From Candidatus Altimarinota bacterium (GTDB lineage Bacteria > Patescibacteriota > Gracilibacteria > UBA1369), in the NCBI GenBank assembly GCA_041659405.1, contig JBAZYK010000001.1, positions 150,001-182,000 on the forward strand: a stretch of 32,000 nucleotides of DNA, in the 5' to 3' direction. The position numbers and the translations under genes are program-made. Position 1 is the first letter of the stretch; every line of letters starts with the position of its first letter. This document shows positions 9,634 through 17,973 of the stretch, one piece after another. The notes under the pieces were generated by a model that did not search any database, was not told where the DNA came from, and saw only the letters and a list, made by a program, of their open reading frames with translations.

Positions 9634-12129
9634 TTATTTTGTTCTGTAATATTTGCCATCTGCCCCTATCGTTACCGATGCTCCTGGTGTGACTGATTTA
9701 ACTTGTGCAGCATCGAATGCCAATGGGTTACTTTCTGTACCAAGGGCTCCTTTTGCTGCGGCTGTAGGTTTAGCACCCCCCGCCGCCTTTGGCGCTGGTG
9801 GTGGGGTTGGTGGTTTAGTATAAATATCCTTAGCCGTCTTGTTGCTACCCATTTCGGCTTCGGAATAATTGGCCTTCAAGTACTCTTGCATTCTACCTTT
9901 TTCCTCATCGTTTAATTGCATGCCTTTTAATTGATTTTCGACTGCAGTTAAAGTTGCGGCTTTATCGGCAGCATTCTGTCCTTTTGCTGCTGATATTTGA
10001 TCAAGAAGGCCGGCAAGCTTTTGTTGTTTTGCTCCGGCAGCTTGGGCATCCTCAGGTTTGGCAAGTTTTTGCAAAATACCTGCTGCTGAAGCATCTACTG
10101 TTTCGGATTTAATTGCTTTTTCCATTACGGCCTTATCGCCTGGAGAAAGCGTTCCTTGCTTTTGTTCATAAGCGGCGACCAGCTTGTCGGCTTCGGCTTC
10201 GGCGTCCTTTCCGCTTTTACCTTTCATTAATGCCTTTTTAAGTTTTTTACTTGCATCGCTTTGGGCCGTGGTTTTTGCGGCTCCGGCTTTTGATTCATCA
10301 ACGTAACCCAATTTATCGCCTAACAGGTTCATGTCAGTCGGCGTTACATTTCCTTCTTTCAGAGCTGTTAAAAGTGTGTCTTGAGTATGACCCCCCACCA
10401 AAGGAAGTTCATTTCGGTGTGTTTTGAAATATTCATGCAAAGCTTTTTGGTTAGCTTCTCTTACAAAATCGGCTGCTGACACTTTTCTAATATTATTCTT
10501 TAGATCTTTAAGATTGGCTGATGTTCTAACAGCACCTACGGCTTTATCGTTATTGCCATAAGCCGCTGAAAAAGTTTCTCTGGAATGTTCATGTGCTTGT
10601 TGATCAACCAAATTTGGAATGTTTTTTGCGCCCAAAAAGATGTCCATAACGGAAGCTCGTTTTCCACCGGCGTCGATTGGGAACATTGGGGCCATAAGCG
10701 GCAATTTGGCAATGGTTTTACCCATTCCGCCAACAAAGTTCTTAATACCGTCCGTAATGCCGGAAGCTTGTGTATCCTTCATTGCATCGAAGACCGCTTT
10801 CCAAATGAACCCAACACAGGCAACCGCCGTTAAAAGTTGCTGGAAAGTGGAAATACCGGAAGTGAAAAGATTCATTCCCCAGGTGGATTGATTAAGTGCC
10901 CATGTTGGAAATTCACTTTTAGACAAGGCACTCAACATCACCGTACCTATGGCTAAAGATACCGCCACAGGAATTGGCACAATGGCATGTTTGATGAATT
11001 GACCTTTAATGTCATCTCCACCTCCGCCCATCATACTTTTCAATTCACCCGGCAAAACCCACATAAGTACGATCAATGGTGAAAGCACAATCATAATCCA
11101 TAAAACTATCATTCTAACCAAAAGTACTGCAAAAAGTGCAATAAAGGCGGATCCATAAATTATGTAAAGAATCACCGAAAGCAAAACGTTTGCCACCAAA
11201 TTTTTGATATTTGCCTGTTCAGTGTCATTTAATCCATCTGCAATCATACTAATTTTACCAATTTGTTCAAAATTTAACGCAAGAACAACGGCAACGTTTC
11301 TGGAATTGATGCTGTTGAAATAGCCATTAAGATCGGCTAGGTCGGTATTATTCTCACGATCAAATTTTGCCAAGTCTACTTCTTTACCATTAACTATTCC
11401 TTTGACTGTTTGATTCAAACAAACTGCTTTTTTTCCATTGCTGGGAGTAGCCGGTACTGCGTATTTTCCTTGATCATTTGTATACATCGCGCGGCAAAGT
11501 TCATTTTCAATTTGTTCCTGCTGAAGTGTTATTCCTACGGCTTGCGGTAGCGCAAAAATACCGGTTGAAATTACGTTGATACCGTCCAGGACCACTTTTA
11601 CGCCCAAGAAAGTAAAGTTTACCAGAATCAATCCAATAATAAATTTTGGCAGTACGGCTTTAACATGAAAGTCCTGCTGAAAACCGCCAACAACGTTATA
11701 AAGGGCGATTCCAACAAGTATTAAAACAAAAAGGATATTTACAATGTCACGTACCTGCACCCAAACTTTTAGCAGGGTTTGCTCCATGCCGGATCCAAAC
11801 AGAATGTCATTCTGCAGCAAATTGCCAATCAGTAATAAAAATGGCCAAAGCAGACTTCTCATCACTCGCAGAATTGGGGTGATGGCATTTAATAATTTTT
11901 GGCCATCATCTTGGCTTGGGGTGGCGCCTTGTGCATGCGCCAAGTTGATGTTTGGCAGCAAAACGCCGGCGACAATCAAAACAAGTCCAAACGCAAGAAT
12001 GGATTTGCGGTGCGCGCGCCAGAATGCGAGCATGGTTCGCCAGAGTTTGGCGGACTTGCTTTGCACTTTGTGCGTGGTGGCAAAAAGGCGGCGGACCAGA
12101 TTTTTTTTGATTTTCAGCAATGTAAACAT
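9634..12129 (-). CDS. Polytopic membrane protein (831 aa) with a long Ala/Lys-rich C-terminal tail; function unknown
   Basis: There is a signal-peptide-like segment ILAFGLVLIVAGVLLPNINLAHA/QG. At least 7 further hydrophobic segments follow, for example LLWPFLLLIGNLL, IVNILFVLILVGIALY, LLSVILYIIYGSAFIALFAVLLVRMIVLWIMIVLSPLIVLMWVL and IVPIPVAVSLAIGTVMLSAL. The last ~330 aa are hydrophilic and Ala/Lys-rich. An alternative start at Met33 (ATG at 12033) would give a canonical signal peptide. Confidence 0.85.
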   Translation of the reverse strand: MFTLLKIKKNLVRRLFATTHKVQSKSAKLWRTMLAFWRAHRKSILAFGLVLIVAGVLLPNINLAHAQGATPSQDDGQKLLNAITPILRVMRSLLWPFLLLIGNLLQNDILFGSGMEQTLLKVWVQVRDIVNILFVLILVGIALYNVVGGFQQDFHVKAVLPKFIIGLILVNFTFLGVKVVLDGINVISTGIFALPQAVGITLQQEQIENELCRAMYTNDQGKYAVPATPSNGKKAVCLNQTVKGIVNGKEVDLAKFDRENNTDLADLNGYFNSINSRNVAVVLALNFEQIGKISMIADGLNDTEQANIKNLVANVLLSVILYIIYGSAFIALFAVLLVRMIVLWIMIVLSPLIVLMWVLPGELKSMMGGGGDDIKGQFIKHAIVPIPVAVSLAIGTVMLSALSKSEFPTWALNQSTWGMNLFTSGISTFQQLLTAVACVGFIWKAVFDAMKDTQASGITDGIKNFVGGMGKTIAKLPLMAPMFPIDAGGKRASVMDIFLGAKNIPNLVDQQAHEHSRETFSAAYGNNDKAVGAVRTSANLKDLKNNIRKVSAADFVREANQKALHEYFKTHRNELPLVGGHTQDTLLTALKEGNVTPTDMNLLGDKLGYVDESKAGAAKTTAQSDASKKLKKALMKGKSGKDAEAEADKLVAAYEQKQGTLSPGDKAVMEKAIKSETVDASAAGILQKLAKPEDAQAAGAKQQKLAGLLDQISAAKGQNAADKAATLTAVENQLKGMQLNDEEKGRMQEYLKANYSEAEMGSNKTAKDIYTKPPTPPPAPKAAGGAKPTAAAKGALGTESNPLAFDAAQVKSVTPGASVTIGADGKYYRTK

Positions 12130-12153
12130 TTTTGTTTTATTAAATATTTATTT

Positions 12154-13761
12154 TTATAAATTGATGGCGGTAAACCACGATGGAAGCAGAACCGCTGCGA
12201 AACCACTTGTTATGACCGCCCCTGCCACCACTTTTCCACCATGTTTTTGGAAAAAACTTTTTGCAGCTTGCTGCACCGGTGGCTTGTACCCTGTTGGGGC
12301 CGGCGGTTGTGCTGCTGTTACTTGTGGTTTGGCTTCTACAGGTGCGGGTGTTGCTTTTGCAGGTTTTGCATTTGGAATATAGGAAGGTTTTTTATTTTCC
12401 ATCATCTTTTTCAAATCAAAAGGGCTTTTTTGCGCCGGTATATTCGAAATTGGCCTTGTTTGCGCTCCCTGCGTTGGTGCCGACTGGCGGTTTACCATGG
12501 TTGGCTGCTGGCCAGAGGCATTTGGCATTGATTGATAAACAGGACTTGGGGCCGGTTCTTTTTTTGCCGGAGGTTCCGGTTTTTCGGCTTCTGAAGACTT
12601 TTGGCCTTGGGTAGCCATAGGAGCAACTTCTTGCCCGGTTGCTTTTTGAGGTGGCTGCGCAACTTGTCCTTTTTGTTCAACTTGCGGCTTTGTTTGGCCC
12701 GGCACTGGCTGTCCCTGTGTAATTTGTGGCTGACCAGCTCCACCCAATAATTCCTGAGCAGCCTGCAGAATTTTGGCCGCTTCGCTCTGTTCATTCATTC
12801 TTTGCTGCTCGATTAAATCAAAAACTTCCGCTACCGTACGCAGTTTTCCGGTATCCGGATCTTGTAATAATGCTTTAAATTGATCCGCGGAAATTGTAAA
12901 TTTCTTTTCAGGATTGTTTTCAGGTTCAAATGTATAAAATTTATTTTCAGGATTTTTTGGATCATCTGAAATAGTCAGATGTACATTTGCGTCCCCTTCC
13001 TGAAAGGTTTGCATAGTCACCGCTTCATCCGGAAAGGTGATGTCTGCGGGCATTAGGCCGGCATTTTCCGGAACAATGTTTGCCGTGCCGACACCGGAAG
13101 ATCCCGCGCCAACCGTTGATTCCTGCGAAAAATCGCCCGAACCGTACATAAATCCAGCGCCATAATCGGAAGGTGGGCTAATTAAAGGCACAATTTTTTG
13201 TCCCGGCTGAATTTTGGTAATATCCTGAACCTGATCAAATTTACCTGTGGTCGGATTTTTTGTTACGATAAGCCGTCTTTGCGCCTGTAACTTTATTAAT
13301 TCCGCCTTTTCCGTTTCAGATTTTTGCTCAATAATTTTGGCCATTTCAATTTTCTGGAACTCTCCGGCAATCTTGTAAGCCATTAAATAAAGCATTCTGC
13401 CTGCGGAAGGTGGAAAATGCGGAGTTTTGTCGTCCTGTTTGTAAGTTGGAATCAAAAAATTGCGGCGAGTTGTTTCGTCCGCAGGGGCCTGCGCTATAAT
13501 CGCCTCCTGTAAAAATTTTATAAAATACAATTGATTATCAGGGGCAATAAATGGCTTAATGCTTTGATCATTTTGACCATGTAAAAAATATTCCATCTGG
13601 AATTTTTCGACTTCGGCCGGTCTTGCCTTTGTTCCATCCTTATTCACCCAATGTTCATTTTTTAAAAGTGAGGCATGCTTGCCTTGGCTTATATCCACCA
13701 TGACCCTTTTTAGCAAAGGGACCAGGTACAGGTCGACCAAATTGTGATTAAATTGGTTCAT
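12154..13761 (-). CDS. Tail-anchored orphan protein (535 aa) with a long Pro/Gln-rich spacer; function unknown
   Basis: The N-terminal ~330 aa look globular. About 180 aa of Pro/Gln/Ala-rich low complexity follow. A single C-terminal hydrophobic segment closes the protein (GGKVVAGAVITSGFAAVLLPSWF). Its start lies 2 nt after the stop of the upstream 528-aa ORF, which suggests translational coupling. Confidence 0.8.
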   Translation of the reverse strand: MNQFNHNLVDLYLVPLLKRVMVDISQGKHASLLKNEHWVNKDGTKARPAEVEKFQMEYFLHGQNDQSIKPFIAPDNQLYFIKFLQEAIIAQAPADETTRRNFLIPTYKQDDKTPHFPPSAGRMLYLMAYKIAGEFQKIEMAKIIEQKSETEKAELIKLQAQRRLIVTKNPTTGKFDQVQDITKIQPGQKIVPLISPPSDYGAGFMYGSGDFSQESTVGAGSSGVGTANIVPENAGLMPADITFPDEAVTMQTFQEGDANVHLTISDDPKNPENKFYTFEPENNPEKKFTISADQFKALLQDPDTGKLRTVAEVFDLIEQQRMNEQSEAAKILQAAQELLGGAGQPQITQGQPVPGQTKPQVEQKGQVAQPPQKATGQEVAPMATQGQKSSEAEKPEPPAKKEPAPSPVYQSMPNASGQQPTMVNRQSAPTQGAQTRPISNIPAQKSPFDLKKMMENKKPSYIPNAKPAKATPAPVEAKPQVTAAQPPAPTGYKPPVQQAAKSFFQKHGGKVVAGAVITSGFAAVLLPSWFTAINL

Positions 13762-13763
13762 AT

Positions 13764-15350
13764 TTATGCGGCTTTAGGTGCGTTCGGATCTTGTTCTACT
13801 ACTTCAATTATTGGCTTTCTGCCTTTCAAACCCTGGCCCTTTTCGATCAGTTCGATTTTGTGGTCAAAAATTGGTTGATTGGAAATTTCCAAAGTTAGAG
13901 AATTTTTTATAAATTCGGTGATTTGTTTTTCGACTTCAATTTCGCCGGCTTTTCCGCTTCCACTAAACTTTTTGGCTGCCTCAAACGATGAAAGTTGTTC
14001 ACGATTTTGTCCGGCTTTTTCTATAAGTTCGGCATAGGTCACCGGCGCGTGATTTTTATTGAGAGCATGATCGTTGTTAAGATCAATAATTGCCTGTGCT
14101 CCGCCATTTTTCAGGTAATTTCCAAAATCAAGATTGTTGGAATATTGCTCGCTTAATTTAATAACTGCCTCTTCCTGTTCAGGATTTTTAGGCTTATCGC
14201 TTTCGGAAAAATATTCAAATAATGGACCTAAACCGGCATACGAAGTCCCAATCTTGCTGCCATATTTTGAAATATAACGACCGGCCAAAACTTCGGCTGC
14301 GGATAGCGCCAAATAAGGATTTTGTAAAATGCGATTGAAATCACCACCACTGGCCAAAAGATTGGTGGCAAACCATAAAACTCCATGTGCCCCCATAACC
14401 ATACCAACAAGTTGGGTCCCACGATTGAAAACATTGTTTGAATATTGCCCCCTAAGTGCTTCAGTAGCTTTTTCTTCATCGGCCTTAAATTTCTCCTGAA
14501 GTCCCGGATATTTTGCCTGCAGGTCTTTTTGAAAATTAACAAGTTGATCAGAGTCGATCAAACCTTTGTTAAAGGCTTCACTAAAAAGCAGTTCACCCTG
14601 GCGAAGTGTAATCTGATTATTTGTTAAAAGTTCATCAATGGCATCGACTGCTTTTGCCTTACTGTCCATCATTTCCCGCACAAAATCCATGCGTTGCTGT
14701 GGATCCATCAATTTGACCAAAATGCGGGCGTTGGTTTGGTTGATTTTGGATTCGTTGGGGCTGGTGCCGTTGGACTTGGCTTTCTCTCCTTCAAGCCACA
14801 TTTCGGCAATTTTTTGATAATCGGAAGGTACCAATTGCTTGTTATCCAAAGCGTCCGGATCCAGCTTTTTCAGGATCTGCTGAAATTGTTTATCTTCTTT
14901 CATTAACGCATTTACATCTTCAAGAATTTTGCTTAATTCAGCGATTTCATTCACTTCAAGTTTCTTTTTGTCTCCGCCTTTTTGAGCTTCAAGATTTATG
15001 ACGATCGTAATTGTATCAATGAAATTATTGGCTTCCGTATCGGCTTCTTCCAGGATTTGATCGTATGGACTAAGTTGTCCCATCAAATTTTGGCGCTGCG
15101 AAATTGAGGCATTTTCCAATCTTTCACGATATTTATCGTAGATTTTTTTAAGAACCTCATCCTTCAGTTTTTTGGGAAGAGTCTCACGCAAAGTAGCCAA
15201 AGCAATTTCATCGGTTTCGCCCTGGGCGGCCCTTTCATCAAAAGCGTCCTGCAGCTTTTTGTTGGCATCCTCATGTTTTTCATTGAGGACTTTGTGTGCA
15301 TCAACTTTCTGCTGTGCCTGTTCGCCTGAATGTTCTTGTCCGATGGCCAT
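13764..15350 (-). CDS. Coiled-coil-rich orphan protein (528 aa) with a central hydrophobic hairpin; function unknown
   Basis: A long ORF whose N-terminal half is charged and heptad-like. One hydrophobic stretch, LVGMVMGAHGVLWFATNLLASGG, is encoded at 14343-14420. No motif was recognised. Confidence 0.8.
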   Translation of the reverse strand: MAIGQEHSGEQAQQKVDAHKVLNEKHEDANKKLQDAFDERAAQGETDEIALATLRETLPKKLKDEVLKKIYDKYRERLENASISQRQNLMGQLSPYDQILEEADTEANNFIDTITIVINLEAQKGGDKKKLEVNEIAELSKILEDVNALMKEDKQFQQILKKLDPDALDNKQLVPSDYQKIAEMWLEGEKAKSNGTSPNESKINQTNARILVKLMDPQQRMDFVREMMDSKAKAVDAIDELLTNNQITLRQGELLFSEAFNKGLIDSDQLVNFQKDLQAKYPGLQEKFKADEEKATEALRGQYSNNVFNRGTQLVGMVMGAHGVLWFATNLLASGGDFNRILQNPYLALSAAEVLAGRYISKYGSKIGTSYAGLGPLFEYFSESDKPKNPEQEEAVIKLSEQYSNNLDFGNYLKNGGAQAIIDLNNDHALNKNHAPVTYAELIEKAGQNREQLSSFEAAKKFSGSGKAGEIEVEKQITEFIKNSLTLEISNQPIFDHKIELIEKGQGLKGRKPIIEVVEQDPNAPKAA

Positions 15351-15466
15351 TTTTTTTGGATTTTTAATTAGTAATTGGTAGTTTTTTGGGATTTTCCTGC
15401 TTGTGATTTGAACTTTGTTTGTTTTGAATTAATGTTTTCATGGAGCCCTAGGCACGCGTGTTGTAT

Positions 15467-16021
15467 TTACAGCCGAAAAAGTCGCAGCAGAATATCAAGA
15501 AAAGCTTCATCTTTGCCTTCCCATTCCGAAATCTGCGAGCATAAAAACTGCCTTAATTGCACGGGATCTTGGTTATTCAGCTGAATGCTTAAATCGGCAT
15601 AGTAGTGCCCTTTATCCACACGAATATTTAAAGTTTTAATAAACGGCGGATTGTAATGGAGCCAAAAAGCTTTGATGTGGCTGAAAGGGTAGGTTTTGTG
15701 CCCAACTTTTACGCCAATTTCAGAAATTTTGATCTCGATTTCCTTGGGTGGATGATAATTTTGAATGTAATAATAAACTGCGCCAAAGGCTATAATTGCC
15801 AAAGCCATGGTCCAGTTTCCTTGTAAAATAGCCACAAAAATGAAAATTGCAGCCACGATGCCGGCAACCAAATACCAGCGCTCGCCCTTTTGGTGCTGCA
15901 GATATTCCGGAGCAATCCAGGCAAAAACGGCGTTATCGTACAAGGTTTCGTCCTGGGATACATCTGACTTGTTGTTAGTTCGGCTTTGTGTTTTTGTCTT
16001 GTTGAAAAGTTTTTTTAGCAT
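15467..16021 (-). CDS. Small membrane protein (184 aa), two TM helices plus a C-terminal beta-rich domain; function unknown
   Basis: Two adjacent hydrophobic helices (WYLVAGIVAAIFIFVAILQG and MALAIIAFGAVYYYI) are followed by about 100 aa of soluble sequence. It is the first gene of the minus-strand cluster. Confidence 0.75.
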   Translation of the reverse strand: MLKKLFNKTKTQSRTNNKSDVSQDETLYDNAVFAWIAPEYLQHQKGERWYLVAGIVAAIFIFVAILQGNWTMALAIIAFGAVYYYIQNYHPPKEIEIKISEIGVKVGHKTYPFSHIKAFWLHYNPPFIKTLNIRVDKGHYYADLSIQLNNQDPVQLRQFLCSQISEWEGKDEAFLDILLRLFRL

Positions 16022-16736
16022 GGGTAGGCTTAAATATTCTTATTATTTTAGCAGAAAATGGCTTTTTTCTCTATGGTAAGGCCAAGTTGCATGCCTACTT
16101 CGAGTTGACTTTTACGGCGACGGTGTTGGGGCGTAGAAATTCAACTCTGCAAAAATGACTGTGTCCATGACTCACCATTACATGAAATGTTTCGTCGTGA
16201 AATAAGTAACAATGCCTTGTTCTGTTTCATCGTGGGCGAGCGCAACTTTTCACCACGAAATTAGCAAAAACTACATGTAATATTACGTAATGTAACATCA
16301 TAAAATGCCAACATCACAATAGTCGTTTTCCCCCTAATACTAGCGCCAAACCAGTGTAATATTACAATGCACTTTTCGGCGAATTTCAACATTAAAAATT
16401 CGATTTTTTGATCTGCATTTGCTAGAATTTTGGTGAACATGGATGCGGAAGATTTGTCACAAAAAAATTGTACCCATTGGACGAACAATCTTCACATCCG
16501 TTAACAACATTTTTTTTGATCGGCTTTTCAAGGGAAGTCCCAGCGGAAAAGTCGCAACACGGACTGCGCACAAAAATTCGGTTGAAATTCATTTTGAACT
16601 CAGCTGGATTTCACACCTAGATTCAGGAAAAATCGCAGTTTCCCCCCTTTGATTATTGACGCTCATCACCTGGATGAGCAGTAATGTTTGGCCTTGTTCA
16701 AGCGACATTACGCCTATTCTTTAACCGTTTTTTTTT

Positions 16737-17888
16737 ATGATCGCAGAAAATAAAAATGATAGCGACGACCAAAAAATCACAAGTCTCAACGACCGGGAAT
16801 TATTTTCACTCTGCCAAAAATACGGAGAGCAAGCCAGAATCTGGCGGCAGAAATTTGCGGGTCTATTGCCGGAAGTGCTCAAAAGACGCTTGTACGAGCG
16901 CAAAGGTTTTGAATCAATTTTCGTGTTTGCCAAAAAACTGGCAGGCATGAGCGAAGAACAGGTTCGTCGCGTGCTCAATTTGGAGCAAAAATTTGAAAAT
17001 AAACCGGCATTGAAAAATTTGTTGTTGAATGGCGAAGTCAGCGCAAACAAGCTCGCAAGAATTGCTTCAATCGCAACACCGGAAAATCAGGAATTTTTGG
17101 CAAACCAGAGCAAAATACTTTCGAATCGTGCGCTCGAAACTTTTGTGAAAGATGAAAAATTCGCTCAAGAAACACTAAATCATAACTTGCAAAATTCCAT
17201 AGGTGTAGAAAATCAAAACTCAAGCCAAAACCAATCGCAAATTTTAATTCAAAACGGCGAGCCGGAAAATAAAAAAGGCTCACCTGAAAATGCAAACGGC
17301 TTACAGGAGCCATTATTTGATCACAAATCTGTGCACGTGCACACGCAAACGACAGATCTTTTCGAGGATGTCAAATTGCTCCAAAAATTTTCGCCGGAAC
17401 TCAAAGAAAAACTAAAAGAGCTCGATGAAAAAGGTCTCAACATTAATCAAATCCTGCTTGAACTTTTGCAAAATCGCGACGAAGAAATCGCAATGGAAAA
17501 AGAACAAATTGGCGAAGAAATAGTGAAGGCGCAGCTAATGCAACAACAGGCAATGGATACGAAAAAACAGGCTGCCAGCGCTCAAGAAAAAATCGGTGTT
17601 GAAATCGCCAGCGCTCAGGAAAAATCTAAAAGCGAACTGCCCACAAAAAAGCCGTCCCACTACATCAACGTAAAAATTAAAAATCTGCTCAAAAAAGAAC
17701 ATGGCGATAAATGCTCAATTCCTGGCTGTAACAAGCCGGCTACGACCATTCACCATACGCAAAGATTCACGCTCTCCCATAACAACGATCCTCGCTTTCT
17801 GGCTCCATTTTGCGAACAACATCACGAAATCGCGCATTCGATTGATCAGAAATATCAGCAAAAAAGAGTATTGGCTGTTTCGGCTTAG
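16737..17888 (+). CDS. HNH endonuclease domain protein (383 aa)
   Basis: The C-terminal HNH/zinc-ribbon-like block is CSIPGCNKPATTIHHTQRF...FLAPFCEQHHEIAHS. The N-terminal helical domain and the Gln/Lys-rich linker were not recognised. The central linker is encoded by S-element copy S3. Confidence 0.8.
   Translation: MIAENKNDSDDQKITSLNDRELFSLCQKYGEQARIWRQKFAGLLPEVLKRRLYERKGFESIFVFAKKLAGMSEEQVRRVLNLEQKFENKPALKNLLLNGEVSANKLARIASIATPENQEFLANQSKILSNRALETFVKDEKFAQETLNHNLQNSIGVENQNSSQNQSQILIQNGEPENKKGSPENANGLQEPLFDHKSVHVHTQTTDLFEDVKLLQKFSPELKEKLKELDEKGLNINQILLELLQNRDEEIAMEKEQIGEEIVKAQLMQQQAMDTKKQAASAQEKIGVEIASAQEKSKSELPTKKPSHYINVKIKNLLKKEHGDKCSIPGCNKPATTIHHTQRFTLSHNNDPRFLAPFCEQHHEIAHSIDQKYQQKRVLAVSA
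17248..17349 (-). repeat. S-element copy S3 (extended form), antisense inside the HNH ORF
   Basis: The reverse complement reads TTTGCG-TGTGCACGTGCACA-GATTTGTG...ATGGC-TCCTGTAA-GCCGT-TTGCATTTTCAGGTGAGCCTTTTTTATTTTCC. It aligns with S1 over 54 nt and with S2 over about 80 nt. Confidence 0.8.
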
Positions 17889-17973
17889 GCCGTGGAGTTC
17901 GCTATGCCATCAGCCGTTTTGCGGGCGAACAAGCTACTTGGAAAAGCGCGTGTGAGCGGATCTGCGGTCCCCA

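Noticed and set aside
11744-12382. A 212-aa plus-strand ORF spanning the junction of the 831-aa and 535-aa genes.
   Set aside because: It overlaps two long, coherent minus-strand ORFs on the opposite strand. It is Cys/Arg-rich with no features and is most likely spurious.
5334-16021. Calling the orphan operon a type IV secretion or conjugation system.
   Set aside because: Only the topology of the 831-aa protein is vaguely VirB6-like. I found no VirB4/VirD4/VirB11-type ATPase, relaxase or pilin-like gene in the window, so the label would be unsupported.
16261-16652. Two short ORFs (75 aa minus strand, 69 aa plus strand) in the 715-bp intergenic region.
   Set aside because: They overlap each other on opposite strands, have unremarkable composition and coincide with palindromic repeats. 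I treat the region as non-coding or regulatory.
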